From an uncultured archaeon (GTDB lineage Archaea > Asgardarchaeota > Thorarchaeia > Thorarchaeales > CAZPUN01), in NCBI GenBank assembly GCA_964589775.1, contig CAZPUN010000063.1:1-16317 (forward strand): DNA of 16,317 nucleotides. Direction: 5' to 3'. The notes below the pieces were generated by a model. It was not told where the DNA came from and made no database searches. It was given only the letters and a program-made list of their open reading frames with translations. Shown piece after piece: positions 15,794 to 16,317 of this stretch. Each line of letters opens with the position of its first letter. Position 1 is the stretch's first letter. Made by a program: the position numbers and the translations under genes.

Positions 15794-16315
15794 TTAAATT
15801 TCTGTAATGATGATTCGCGTTTTCTTAGTATTCTCGCGAATGTCCGCAAATAGCTTATACATTTTCTCGCCGATTATCCGTTTTAGATTCTCACCACTGA
15901 TGAGATATATTCCCCTCTTTTCCGCTTGTTGTCTTACTTTCTCAGTTTGTTTCTCTAACGCAGCAAGAACATAAATAGGAGAATATCCTTCGAACAAGTC
16001 TCCATAACTAATTAGTTTCTCAAAGATTTTCTCAGCTTCGCTTTCAAACAAGCTTCGACGCCAGTTCTTGCTCTCAAGCAAAACCACTCGCTTATCTTCC
16101 GTGAATATGATGAGGTCCGGACCACGCTCGGGAGATGCATATACTACATTCGGCTGTGGACCTTTCAGAATAGTTTCAAGAGATGGCAGACGAATTACGC
16201 GCTCAACATGGACCTTTAAATTTAGACCTTTTGTATTTGAATCATCGAAGAAAGCAGGAAGATCTACATATCCTGCGATTTTTGAAATATTGTACAGCCC
16301 GATGGCAATTGCAAT
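15794..16315 (-). CDS. 5'-truncated protein with a C-terminal PD-(D/E)XK restriction-endonuclease-like domain
   Basis: Manual translation shows the frame stays open from the track start (16087) to the window edge: ...PNVVYASPERGPDLIIFTEDKRVVLLESKNWRRSL... This contains a canonical PD...ExK motif and a typical REase tail (VLAA...A.KRGIYLISG..L). Confidence 0.82.
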   Translation of the reverse strand: MAIAIGLYNISKIAGYVDLPAFFDDSNTKGLNLKVHVERVIRLPSLETILKGPQPNVVYASPERGPDLIIFTEDKRVVLLESKNWRRSLFESEAEKIFEKLISYGDLFEGYSPIYVLAALEKQTEKVRQQAEKRGIYLISGENLKRIIGEKMYKLFADIRENTKKTRIIITEI

Positions 16316-16317
16316 CT

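Noticed and set aside
1-16317. Composite transposon bounded by the two nuclease paralogues
   Set aside because: The copies share only about one third of their amino acids and have no evident nucleotide-level inverted repeat. The enclosed DNA includes housekeeping genes such as pepF.

Overview
AT-rich archaeal window, most likely from an Asgard archaeon: it contains a 7TM protein with an Asgard-type longin-like C-terminus, GGTGA/GGAGG ribosome-binding motifs and BRE/TATA-like boxes. The left half (1-7357, all + strand) looks like an accessory or defence region. It holds the C-terminus of a restriction-endonuclease-like protein, a 14-repeat WD40 protein, a degenerate DUF402-like protein and a tightly spaced nurA-herA-DUF4338 (DruA-like) cassette with no mre11/rad50. 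The right half is mostly housekeeping: an FAD oxidoreductase, a CLC channel/transporter, the 7TM-longin protein, oligoendopeptidase F, a wHTH regulator with two small related helical proteins, and a flavodoxin-like protein. The window ends in a truncated PD-(D/E)XK nuclease gene whose C-terminus is clearly paralogous to the truncated gene at the window start, so two inward-pointing paralogues bracket the window. The best candidate for an undescribed system is NurA + HerA + DUF4338. I saw no rRNA, tRNA, CRISPR array, integrase or transposase. All family calls come from motif recognition by eye, not from database searches.
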